Shown one piece after another: positions 34,776 through 45,672 of a stretch of DNA of 64,000 nucleotides. Origin of the DNA: Azolla caroliniana (Eukaryota; Plantae; Polypodiophyta). The notes beneath the pieces are model-generated. The model was not told where the DNA came from. It searched no databases and saw only the letters and a program-made list of their open reading frames with translations. Numbering within the stretch: the stretch's first letter is position 1; each line of letters begins with the position of its first letter. Both the position numbers and the translations under genes were made by a program. The stretch is taken from NCBI GenBank assembly GCA_043228905.1, contig JBHGNT010000005.1:5580001-5644000 (forward strand). The letters run 5' to 3'.

Positions 34776-37700
34776 TGTTGAGAAGCAAGCTCAACATGGT
34801 ATGCGATGCTTATTGGGAAATAAGCTATAGTAGCTATTTAGCTACTAGTGAACAAAAAGGTAAAACAGCTATTTAGCTAGTGACAGCTAATTAGCTAGTG
34901 AACAGCTATTTAGCGACTGACAGCTAATTAGCTACTGGCAGCTAATTAGCTGCATGTGTAATAACTTATGACTTAGGTAAAAGTAAGTGAGAGTGAATAG
35001 GAAGTAAGCAGTAAGAAAAAACAGAGAATAGTGAGTAGAGAACTCTGAGAGAGAGTGAGAGACCAGAAGACTGACGAGAGCAAGTTGAGCTCTACATGTA
35101 ATAGAAGAAAACCATTTTGCTACTACAGAGGTAAGTCCCCTTTCCTTTCTCTGTCTGTTTAGAGCACGCTAACGATCCAGCACACTACGATCCGCCGCGC
35201 ATACAAAAGAAGAGCCCGAGTGCCTTCTTCACGTTTTCTTAACATGGTATCAGAGCATAGTAGCTCGTAAGGAAGAGTATAGCAGTGCCTTAATCTGAGA
35301 AAGTTATTTCTCTGGTTGCTGATCAGAAATCAGAAAGTTACTTGTTGAAGTAACTAAAGCAAAACCCTGGTTTTTTGGAAGAAAAAAAATGGCTGCAGAG
35401 AATGTAGGCCAAATGGTCACAGAGAAATTAGATAAAAACAATTTCCCGGCGTGGAAATTCAGAATGACAAACTTTCTGATGGGGAAAGGATACTGGGATT
35501 ACATTGAAGGAGACCTAGAAGAGGCTCCAGAGATCCCAGAAGAGAATGCAACAGCTGCACATATTAAGGCATTTAAAGATTGGAATCAAGGGGCAAGGAA
35601 AGTAATGCATTGGCTCTCACTTAGCATCTCAGATTCGATGCTTGGGCACATACAGGATGCTATGCTCCCAAAAGAAGGTTGGGACAGTTTGGTAAAATTG
35701 TTTGCAGTAAACACAAAAGCTAGAAAGCTACAGTTGAAGACTGAGCTAAATACCTTAGAAAAAGGTAAGATGTCAATAAATGAGTATGCCCTAAAAATCA
35801 AGAGTATATGTGAATCACTTGCTTCTATCAATGTGAAGATAGAAGATGATGACAAAGTGGAAATATGCTTAAGAGGCTTAGGACCTCAATACAAGAGTTT
35901 TAAAACTTCTATGCTCACAAGGGATAGTACCCCAAGTTTTTCAGATCTGGTCTCAATGCTTGTGGTAGAGGAAAGGAATCAGATGGATGATGCAAATAAA
36001 GGAAACTCAGAGAACGAGGGGCAAGCCCTCTATAATAATGCCGGAAGAGGCCGAGGAAGAGGCCATGGAAGATTTGGCTCAGGAAGAACCAATAATAATG
36101 GCTTTCAAGGAAGAGGACAACAAGCTCATAGAGGAGGAAACAACAACAGAGGCAGGGGGAGCAACCGAGGTAGAGGTAAGCAAACTTACGTAAATGATGA
36201 TGGCTGCTGGTATTGTGGTAAACCAGGCCATACACAGGCTGAATGTTACAAGAAACAAAATGATGAGAAAAGAGGAAAAGGACAACAGAGTAACTATGCC
36301 TCTACTAGTGAAGATTGTGAAAAGGAAGGTGGTTTTGTAGTGCAACATGAGATAGCAGCAGTGGCTGAAAGCTCACAGAAATGTAATGAAGAGTTTACGT
36401 GGTATGTAGACTCGGGGGCATCTAACCATATGACTGGACATGCAAATTGGTTTGAGAGTTTAAGAGAACCAGAGGTTCCTGGTTATGTACAAACAGGTGA
36501 TGACACAACTCACCAAATAAAACATGTTGGAGATATCCCATTGTGGGAAGAGAGAGGAAAAACCAAGTATATGTTGAATGTGATGCATGTTCCAAACCTT
36601 GCTAAGAATCTGATTTCTGTTGGACAGATTGTAGAGCAAGGTATGCAAGTGAAGTTTAAGCAAAGTGGATGCTATATAGAAAAGAATGGGAAGCTCATTG
36701 CAAAAGGGAAGAGACAAGGAAGAATGTTTATCTTGGATGTAGAAATGCCCAAACAGATTTCAGCCATGTTTGCACATGGAACGAGTGTAATCTCAGATGT
36801 GGAAATGTGGCATAAAAGGATTGGCCATATAAGTATGCAAACATTAAAGAATATGTTGAGAAAAGATGCAGTGGCTGGACTGCCAAACTTGAAAAAGTGT
36901 GAAATGGGAAAAGTATGTGAAGCATGTCAATATGGTAAGCAAAACAGGTTGCCATTCCCTCATGAGAGACATGTAAGCAAAAATCTGTTGGATTTGGTAC
37001 ATACAGATGTATGGGGACCAACAAAGAATGCATCTATTGGTGGATGCAGATTTTATGTTACATTTATTGATGATTGTTCACGGAAGACATGGGTGTACTT
37101 CATGAAGGAGAAAAGTGAAGTATTTGACTGTTTTCGTAAGTTTAAATGCATGGTAGAAAAGCAAGCTGGTACAAGGATAAAATGTTTGAGATCTGATGGA
37201 GGAGGAGAGTATTTCTCCAATGAATTTTCTGATTTTTTGTGTAATCAGGGAATAAGAAGACAGTTCACATGCCGATATACTCCACAGCAAAATGGAGTTG
37301 CTGAGAGGAAAAACAGAACTTTGGTGAACATAGCAAGGGCAATGATGACTGAGAAGAACATGCCATTATACTATTGGGCAGAAGCTGTAAATACAGCAAA
37401 TTACATTTTAAATAGATGTATTACATCAGGAGTACATGAGGCAACTCCTGAAGAGTGTTTTTATGGCAGGAAGCCTAGCTTACAACACTTGAAAGTGTTT
37501 GGATGCCTTGCATATGTACATGTGCCTGCAGAAGTAAGAAGTAAGTTGGATCCAAAAGCAGAAAAATGTATCTTTGTTGGATATTCAGAAGAACAAAAAG
37601 GGTACAGATATTATAACCCCGTGACTAAAAAGATTGTGACAAGTCGAGATGTGATATTTGATGAGTTGGCTAGTTGGTACAGCCCAAAACAGAATCCAGA

Positions 37701-40222
37701 GACTGATGAAGACAATGAGATTGAAGACAAAGACAAATCTGAAAATGTAGAAGACTGCCACAGAGATGGAAGCAAGGTTGGACAGCAAAGTCCAACATCA
37801 ACAGAATGTTCTGGACCATCAAAAAGCTCAGATGGTAAATCTGATTCAAATTCATGGAGTGGAAAAACTGGACAGAAAAAATCTGATGACAAAAAAGGAA
37901 AACAGAAAATGCCAGAGTATGAAATCCCGGATGACCTATCAAAAAACATGGAAGATGAAGATTCAGATATGTCTTTGGATGATTTCCTTGGAATACAGGA
38001 AATGAAAATCCCTGGTATGGAAAAGGCAATAAAGAATGCAAATCAGAAACTGAGAAGATCAGATAGAGAGAAAAAGACTGTGGAAAGATTTGGGTATGAT
38101 ACATACATGGCTCTGCACTATGCATATATGTCTAAGGTGGTACAGATCCCTGACCCAAACAGCTTTGAAGAAGCAAAATCTGAGAAGAAATGGATGGATG
38201 CAATGCAAGAAGAGATTGATGCATTGGCTGAGAACAAAACGTGGGATTTAGTGAAGTTACCAAAAGAGAAAAATGTGGTAGGCTGCAAATGGGTCTACAA
38301 GACAAAGCATGACTCCAATGGGAATGTAAGTAGACATAAAGCAAGATTGGTTGCAAAAGGATATGCTCAGATGCAAGGGATTGATTATGATGAGACTTTT
38401 GCACCGGTTGCAAAGATGGCAACCTTGAGAACACTACTTGCTGTAGGAGCAGCCAGAAAATGGATTTTGCATCACATGGATGTAAAAAATGCTTTTTTAC
38501 ATGGTAACTTGGAAGAAGAAGTGTATATGAGTCAACCACCAGGTTTTGAAGATAAGAAACATCCTGATTATGTATGTAAGCTGAAAAAAGCTCTCTATGG
38601 ACTGAAACAGGCACCAAGAGCATGGCATAGAGAACTTTCAGATTCTCTGAAAAATCTTGGTTTCAAAATGTCAAAAGCTGATCCTTCCTTGTATGTAAAA
38701 AGTGAAAATGATTGCATTGTTATTATTCTGATTTATGTAGATGATTTGATTATTGGAGGAGATTCCGTGGATGAAATAAGAAAGTTGGAAAAAAATCTGG
38801 AAATGCAGTTTCATATGAAAGATTTGGGAGATCTGAGATATTTTCTTGGTATTGAAATCATCAGATCTGAAAGTGGTATATGTATGTTGCAAAAACAGTA
38901 TGCAACAACTATGTTGAAAAAGTATGGTATGCTTGGATGCAAACCTATTGCTATACCACTTGATAAAAACTGCAAGTTGAGGGCTGATTTGGGAGCCAAG
39001 ATAGAAGATGTAAACATGTACAGGTCTATGGTGGGCAGCCTTATTTATTTGACTATAACAAGACCTGATTTGAGCTATGCTGTTGGATTAGTCAGCCAGT
39101 TTATGCAACAGCCAACAAAGCCACATTTGGACTGCATCAGAAGGATTCTGAGGTATGTAAAAGCAACTCAGAACTTTGGACTATTTTACAGGGCTGATCT
39201 AGACATAAATCTGGAAGGATATACAGATGCTGATTGGGCTGGAAGCCAAACAGACAGGAGATCCACAAGTGGATACATGTTTACCTTGGGAAGTGCAGGT
39301 ATTTCATGGAGTAGCAAGAAACAGGCTACTGTTGCATTGTCTAGTACTGAAGCTGAGTACAGAGGAGCTGCCATAGCCACTTGTGAAGAGGTATGGATTA
39401 GAAGATTGCTTGCTGATTTGGGAGAGTATATAGACGGTACTGTCACAATCTGGTGTGACAACATGAGCAGCATTCAACTTGCAAAGAACCCTGTGTTCCA
39501 TGCAAGAACAAAGCACATTGAAGTGCATTATCACTTTGTTAGAGAAAAAGTGATTGAAGGAGAAGTTGATCTGGTGTATGTGAATACAAATCAGCAGGTT
39601 GCTGATATTCTCACAAAGGGATTGAGTGTGGAAAAGCATACACAGTTTCGGAACATGATGGGAGTTGTAGACATTGATATGATGGCTGAAAAGCATCATG
39701 AAAAAGAAGTTGTAGATAACCCCAAGAAAGGATAAGTTGAGCTTGAGGGGGAGTGTTGAGAAGCAAGCTCAACATGGTATGCGATGCTTATTGGGAAATA
39801 AGCTATAGTAGCTATTTAGCTACTAGTGAACAAAAAGGTAAAACAGCTATTTAGCTAGTGACAGCTAATTAGCTAGTGAACAGCTATTTAGCGACTGACA
39901 GCTAATTAGCTACTGGCAGCTAATTAGCTGCATGTGTAATAACTTATGACTTAGGTAAAAGTAAGTGAGAGTGAATAGGAAGTAAGCAGTAAGAAAAAAC
40001 AGAGAATAGTGAGTAGAGAACTCTGAGAGAGAGTGAGAGACCAGAAGACTGACGAGAGCAAGTTGAGCTCTACATGTAATAGAAGAAAACCATTTTGCTA
40101 CTACAGAGGTAAGTCCCCTTTCCTTTCTCTGTCTGTTTAGAGCACGCTAACGATCCAGCACACTACGATCCGCCGCGCATACAAAAGAAGAGCCCGAGTG
40201 CCTTCTTCACGTTTTCTTAACA
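34776..40222 (+). mobile_element. Intact, very young Ty1/copia LTR retrotransposon
   Basis: 469-bp LTRs 34776-35244 and 39754-40222 with no differences seen, 5-bp TSD TCTTT, PBS TGGTATCAGAGC (Met-i) at 35245-35256, PPT GAGGGGGAG at 39745-39753. Confidence 0.97.
35389..39735 (+). CDS. Copia Gag-Pol polyprotein (1448 aa)
   Basis: CWYCGKPGHTQAEC, WYVDSGASNH, IN HHCC and RSDGGGEY..NGVAER, RT YVDD, RH DADWAG..EAEY; uninterrupted. Confidence 0.96.
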   Translation: MAAENVGQMVTEKLDKNNFPAWKFRMTNFLMGKGYWDYIEGDLEEAPEIPEENATAAHIKAFKDWNQGARKVMHWLSLSISDSMLGHIQDAMLPKEGWDSLVKLFAVNTKARKLQLKTELNTLEKGKMSINEYALKIKSICESLASINVKIEDDDKVEICLRGLGPQYKSFKTSMLTRDSTPSFSDLVSMLVVEERNQMDDANKGNSENEGQALYNNAGRGRGRGHGRFGSGRTNNNGFQGRGQQAHRGGNNNRGRGSNRGRGKQTYVNDDGCWYCGKPGHTQAECYKKQNDEKRGKGQQSNYASTSEDCEKEGGFVVQHEIAAVAESSQKCNEEFTWYVDSGASNHMTGHANWFESLREPEVPGYVQTGDDTTHQIKHVGDIPLWEERGKTKYMLNVMHVPNLAKNLISVGQIVEQGMQVKFKQSGCYIEKNGKLIAKGKRQGRMFILDVEMPKQISAMFAHGTSVISDVEMWHKRIGHISMQTLKNMLRKDAVAGLPNLKKCEMGKVCEACQYGKQNRLPFPHERHVSKNLLDLVHTDVWGPTKNASIGGCRFYVTFIDDCSRKTWVYFMKEKSEVFDCFRKFKCMVEKQAGTRIKCLRSDGGGEYFSNEFSDFLCNQGIRRQFTCRYTPQQNGVAERKNRTLVNIARAMMTEKNMPLYYWAEAVNTANYILNRCITSGVHEATPEECFYGRKPSLQHLKVFGCLAYVHVPAEVRSKLDPKAEKCIFVGYSEEQKGYRYYNPVTKKIVTSRDVIFDELASWYSPKQNPETDEDNEIEDKDKSENVEDCHRDGSKVGQQSPTSTECSGPSKSSDGKSDSNSWSGKTGQKKSDDKKGKQKMPEYEIPDDLSKNMEDEDSDMSLDDFLGIQEMKIPGMEKAIKNANQKLRRSDREKKTVERFGYDTYMALHYAYMSKVVQIPDPNSFEEAKSEKKWMDAMQEEIDALAENKTWDLVKLPKEKNVVGCKWVYKTKHDSNGNVSRHKARLVAKGYAQMQGIDYDETFAPVAKMATLRTLLAVGAARKWILHHMDVKNAFLHGNLEEEVYMSQPPGFEDKKHPDYVCKLKKALYGLKQAPRAWHRELSDSLKNLGFKMSKADPSLYVKSENDCIVIILIYVDDLIIGGDSVDEIRKLEKNLEMQFHMKDLGDLRYFLGIEIIRSESGICMLQKQYATTMLKKYGMLGCKPIAIPLDKNCKLRADLGAKIEDVNMYRSMVGSLIYLTITRPDLSYAVGLVSQFMQQPTKPHLDCIRRILRYVKATQNFGLFYRADLDINLEGYTDADWAGSQTDRRSTSGYMFTLGSAGISWSSKKQATVALSSTEAEYRGAAIATCEEVWIRRLLADLGEYIDGTVTIWCDNMSSIQLAKNPVFHARTKHIEVHYHFVREKVIEGEVDLVYVNTNQQVADILTKGLSVEKHTQFRNMMGVVDIDMMAEKHHEKEVVDNPKKG

Positions 40223-40912
40223 TCTTTGTCAAGTTGTCCCCCGCCTATCACCCCCAAATTGATGGGCAGACGGAGCACGTCAACCAAATCCTTGAGCAGT
40301 ATCTTCGGTGCTCGGTTAGTTACCAATAAGATGATTGGGTCAACTTACTTTCACTCGCAGAATTCGCCTACAATAATTCTCTCCATGCATCGACTAACGT
40401 CACTCCCTTCTTTGCAAACTATGGTTTACATCCTCGCTTCAACATTTCCCTCCCTACCACTTCCGTGAACCCTTTGGCGGAGGGTCGCGCTGCGTTTTAG
40501 ACGAGCTACATCATGATTTATACTTGGAGCTTAGTCTCGTTGGTGAATGATACAAGCAGTCGTTTGATCGCCATCGATCTTCCACTCCACACTTTGTCGT
40601 CAGAGACATGGTCTGGTTGTTACGACGGCACATCTATACTACTCTTCCATGTGTGAAACTTGATTACAAGAAGTTGGAACCATTCCGTATCGTCAAGTGC
40701 ATCAATCTCATCGCCTTCTAGCTCACCCTTCCATCCCACTTCCGGATTCACAATGTTTTTCATGTCTCCCTCCTTGAACCCCATTTTGCTTTGCTACTCC
40801 CAAGACGCCATGCCCCACTACCACCACCTGCGCCATTGACGATAGGGGAGGAATACGAGGTTGACCAAATCCTTGACTCGCGTTGGCACCGTCGACACTT
40901 GCAATTCCTCGT

Positions 40913-41946
40913 TGTCGTGGAGAAAACTGTCCCTAGGCGGAAACCGGGTATAACTTGCGTAAATCGGCCCTTACATGTGGGCACAAGTTTTGTTGTATAG
41001 AACGTAGATAGGTACAAGTCGGCTGAGGTGAAATCCTAGGTAGCACGCATTCATTAGGGAGAAAATTGAGGCGTATCCCTGTCCGAAAGGACAGGGAATA
41101 AACATGATGTAACGGGTGGTAACGACCTCCCTCCTTGGGCTATAAAAGAGAGGGAGAGGTATTGTAAAAGGTATCGCATTTTGTGGAGGACAAAGTGTTG
41201 CCGGACTGGAACCAAGCTCTTCTCCTCTGTCTTCTCCGTAGTCATTCTGTGTAGGTTTTCGGGAGGCTGACTCTGCTCCGCGGAATACCCGAGTGCTTCC
41301 GATAGAGTCTCCATCTCGCGTTCTGTGTGTGTGTGTAGGCGTCGGAGCCTATCACTCGCGGGCTTGCCGGTTGTAACTCCTTGATTTATATATATGTATA
41401 TATTCGTTCTGTCTCCATTGTTCAAAGTTAGTTGCAACTCCTTTGAATCTGTGTGTCTGTGCACATGTGAAGTACATCAATAGTTTCCTTCCCCTCTTCT
41501 CATTCGGTTATTTCTCGGTCCAAGGCCCCCGTGGTCCCACCTCGTTCTCCACGCACGTGCGTAACAACGCGACATATTTGGTGAACCCGACGTGAACAAG
41601 CGTTAGAGGAAAAGAAATATGAGAGGGTCGGATCTTGCAGAAGCCATGGCTTTGGTTGTGGATCGGATAGTGAGTGTGTGCGAAGGCACATGCGCCCTCG
41701 ATAGGGCTATTGAAGTAGTCATCGGCACGATAGGCCGGTTCGGTGGGAAGGACGCCACGAGCGATTTGGAGGCTTACCGAGCCGAAATGGTGATGAGGGA
41801 CATCCCGGAGGATAAGCGACTAGCCGGATTCCCTTGGGTGGCGATGCCGGGCATCCACGCGGAGGTGCTTCAGGTACGGGCTGAGAGTCGGACCTGGGAA
41901 GAGTTTGAAGGTCATCTCCTTGAAAAATACGGGCTTGATGACACGC
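40913..41946 (+). mobile_element. Truncated gypsy copy 3 of the tRNA-Trp family: 5' LTR (40913-41574), PBS (41579-41596), gag 5' fragment (41619-41946)
   Basis: TGTCGTGGAGAAAAC...CGCGACA, identical PBS, MRGSDLAEAMA...LLEKYGLDD homologous to copies 1 and 2. Confidence 0.9.
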
Positions 41947-42672
41947 TGTTGTGGAGAAAACCGTCCCTAGGTGGAATCGAAGAATATCGGGAGAATTGGT
42001 GGTGTGCACCATGTGCACTTACCCTTGTAAAAACGTGTGAGTAATAGGCGTTAACTCGGGACAGAGGATCCCATGTATAAGGGATTTATCCCACATTGTA
42101 ACACATCTCCCTCGTTCTATAAAAGGAAGGGAGCGCCTATTGTGAAAGGGTTGCCCATTTTTAGTCGTAAGGGTATACCATTTTGTGCTTCTTTTCTAGG
42201 GTTAGTGACATTCTTTCCTTCTTCTCCTTCTTCTCCTTCTCGAGAACTCGGGCGGCAGCTATGGCGGGAAATCTGTTAGGTTAACTCCTCTTCTTCTGAG
42301 CGTACTCGGCTCGCGGCCGGGGTTGTATCTCTCCCTGTTGTAGGTTTGCTTCTGCTCGGCGCGACGAGCCCGAGAGCTGACGGCGGCTTGGTGGAAGACT
42401 GTTGTTGTAGCGTAACCTACCTTGGTCCGGCTCGAATCCGGGGATGTACTCTTTCCCTTGTAATATACATATTTGCGTCTATTTGTGCATATCGGTGTAT
42501 TTGGTGGTGTCAGAAGCACAACCCCTTGCTTCCTGTGCATAAGAGTCGGTGTTACGCGCACGGTCTCCCTCTCCTTTGTCTCTCTCTCTCTCTCTCGCGT
42601 TCGGTTGCTTCCGGAGCGTGTCTAGAGTCGGTTTCTCGGCACCCCCTTTTCTCCCTAGTCCGAGACCCCTGT
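41947..42672 (+). mobile_element. LTR of another subfamily member inserted in the gag of copy 3, truncated about 40-45 bp before its 3' end
   Basis: Starts TGTTGTGGAGAAAACC; TATA region matches the solo LTR at 30260-30360; stops within the U5 motif GTCCGAGACCCCTGT. Confidence 0.8.
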
Positions 42673-42988
42673 TGTCATGATATGGCAAGACTCGAACCCA
42701 TGACTTTATGCTACATGGGTCGAGCTCTTACCATTAGACTATGAATTGTAATTTGTAGGATATTATTTTCATTTATGTTTTATCATAGAAAATTGATGTA
42801 CTTATCTTTTCACATAATATCAGAGCAGTTGTCATCATCCTTCTCTCTCTCTCTTTCTCGCTATCTCTCTCTCTCTTCTCTTCTCACTTCCTCTCTCGGG
42901 AATCTTACGCAATCCCGTCCTCTTAGTACTAATAGTACTGCTCTTCTTTAGTACTAATTCCATCTCTGCTTTAGTACTACTCCTGACA
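42673..42988. mobile_element. 316-bp LTR-like segment with TGTCA...TGACA termini, an antisense tRNA-like A/B box and a degenerate Met-i PBS
   Basis: TGTCATGA/TCCTGACA ends; minus-strand TAGTCTAATGG (42731-42741) and GGTTCGAGTC (42689-42698); ...TTTTCACA|TAATATCAGAGCA at 42815; flanks do not form a TSD. Confidence 0.5.
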
Positions 42989-45669
42989 CATAGACCCTGT
43001 ACATTTGACATCCCTGTCAGAATTAATTACATTCCACCAATTCGCTTCAACCTTCATGTTTCCAAGCTTTATTCCGTTCTTCTCTATAAAGTATGCCACC
43101 ATTTCTGTCCAAGGTTGTACACCTTCAAACATGAATCGAATGAAAGTAAATCGACGAGCCACCATATGCTCATATAGATTCAATATTGATGCCCCACCAA
43201 GACGCTTCGGAGTACAAACATGATCCCATGCCAACCATGACAAGGCACTTTTCCCTTTTCTTTTCCATAACAACATTCGCATCAAACATGACAACATTTC
43301 AAGAGCTTTCTTTGACCATGGGAGCAAAGGAAGATAATAAGATACCATAGAGACCATAATCGATTGGACCACCTTAAGTTGTACATGAAAAGTCCAAAAT
43401 TAAGACCTCTAATACATAAACTTATCCTCCAACCTTTTGGATACCCACTCAATAAGTTTCACATGAGAAACTTCCACCCCAATTGGATATCCAAGATGAC
43501 GACAAATCATACCACGATGTATTATCCTTCCTGACCACCCCAACCCTAACACATCTTGTTCTGTACATGAAATGAGGACATATTTATGTATATTAATTCT
43601 CAACCCCGAAGCATTTGAAAACAATTCCCACACATCTCTTGTCTTACTAATATTTTCCCGATTAGGTGCCAAAAACATAATATGTTCATCTGCGAGAGCT
43701 TGAACAATACATGGCTTCCCTGATGGCAACCTTAGTCCAAGCAATTCTTCCCCCATAGCCATATTGTGTAACGTAACAAGAATAGGATGTGTCACAATAG
43801 TGAATAGTAAAGGACTTACCGGGCATCCTTGTCTAACTGACCTCCGAATAGAAATCGGTTGGGTTACTCCTCCATTAAACATCACATGTGAAACCGAACC
43901 CTCCCTTAATGTGTATATCAACTTAGACATACGATCACCAAAACCCATATGAGACATCAATTGATTTATAAATGACCAATCCACATTATCATAGGCTTTC
44001 TCGATATCCAATTGTAGCAACACTAATTCTTGTTTAGACTCCTTTGCATAGTCAATTGCCATTTGAAGATTTAAAATATTATGTAAAATGTCTCTTTTTG
44101 CTAAAAACCCATATTGAGCATTATGAATAATAGAAGGTAAAACCTTTTGCAACCTATTGGCCATCACTTTTGCAAAAATCTTGTACATTCCCCCCATCAA
44201 TGAAATAGGCCTCCATTGAGCAAAGGAAGATGGAGAAGGCACCTTCGGCAAAAGCTTGATCAAACCAATCTTCCAAGAATGAGGCATTTCCCCTGATGTC
44301 CACACCTTCTGAAATAAAATCGTAAAAGGCCCCTTTAACTTAATCACATATTTCTTAAAGAGTTCATGTGTTAATCCATCCCACCCAGGACTCTTATCAT
44401 TAGCAAGATGTTACATGACATGTTCCACCTCATCCTCTGAAATATTAGCATCTAATGATTGTGCCACATCATGCGATACATGATTTTTCCCTCCATTAAA
44501 AAATACATCTCTATCCTTTTCAACATTATCATCGATACACACTTGTACATCCAACAATTGTGTATAATATTCTATGCATTTCTTCACAATTTCTTGAGGA
44601 TCGGAACACATGATACCATTTTCCTCTAACCTTACCACATTATGTCGTGCATGTGATTCATGAAGGTCATGGAAAAACTTATGTGATTGACAATTAGCAT
44701 CATCCACTTCTTGTCTTAGACGATGTAGTCTAGCATGTTGATAATTTTTTGCCGTTAGGTCATGCATCGCAGAAATTAATACCTCTTGATATCCCATCAA
44801 CTCTACATCCGTTGGCCAATAAGTTAACAATGAATTGCATTTATCAAGCAAATTAACTAGGAGACTTAATTTCTTTCTCCTTTTAAAAGCATGGTGAATT
44901 CCATAATATCTAGTTAACCTCTGAACATTTGCAACAAATACTTCCCACGCTTCATACCCATCAAATTGAACACGATAGGCAAATGCATCAATCAATTGAC
45001 ACATATAGGCATGGAAGACCTCATGATCCAAAAATGATGAATTAAAAATTAACAATGGTTTTCCTAAAAACTCATGAAAACCTCTAATTGAGTGGTGATT
45101 GAACTCAAAAATTAATGGGAAATGATCTGATATAATTGACCCATAAGACACTGAAATATCCAAAATCTCTGGTAAAAAACCTTCGGTATGCATTACATAC
45201 ATTCGATCCAACCTACTCCAAGTATCCCATCAATAAACCCGGTCTCACAACAAACATTAAAATCTCCCATCAATAAACCCGGTCTACCATTATGAAGCAC
45301 TGAGTTTAGAGATCTCCATAACAACTTTCGTTCTTGTGAAACATTTTATGCATACACACCAACTAACCAAATAGCTTGCCCTTCATAACATAACTCTACC
45401 ACAATAAATCTTCCAAATTCATCTGAAACAATTACTTTTGGGTGAAATTTATCTCTTATAAACATGACAATCCCAGAATAATCCCCATGAACCTTGCCAG
45501 CATAACATAATGTATAACCCTTAGAATAACTAATTAAACCAGCATTCAGATGATCTTTATGCTCTACTGCACATAAAACATCCCATTGCTCACTTAACAC
45601 AATCCTCCAAACCTCATGCATTCTAAATCTAGAACACAATCCCCTCACATTCCATGTGGTGATCGTCAT
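42989..45669 (-). pseudogene. L1 ORF2 (APE endonuclease-RT) with stops and an internal deletion
   Basis: Fragments 45346-45669, 44411-45211, 43409-44347 and 42989-43372; catalytic motif reads LADE. Confidence 0.88.
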
Positions 45670-45672
45670 ACT

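Larger units (their letters stand above)
30743..40912 (+). mobile_element. Degenerate chromoviral Ty3/gypsy (Tcn1-like), interrupted by copia at 34776-40222 and cut inside the chromodomain at 40912
   Basis: Putative 5' LTR 30743-31071 (TGTTATG...CGTGACA); gag PEKFDGTR and CMICGVSGH; PR LLDSGAS; RT MPFGLTNAP/YLDD; RH ETDASDFAIG; IN VDRFTKMAHF resuming after the copia as [11 protein letters not shown]; chromodomain EEYEVDQILDSR; many stops and frameshifts. Confidence 0.88.
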
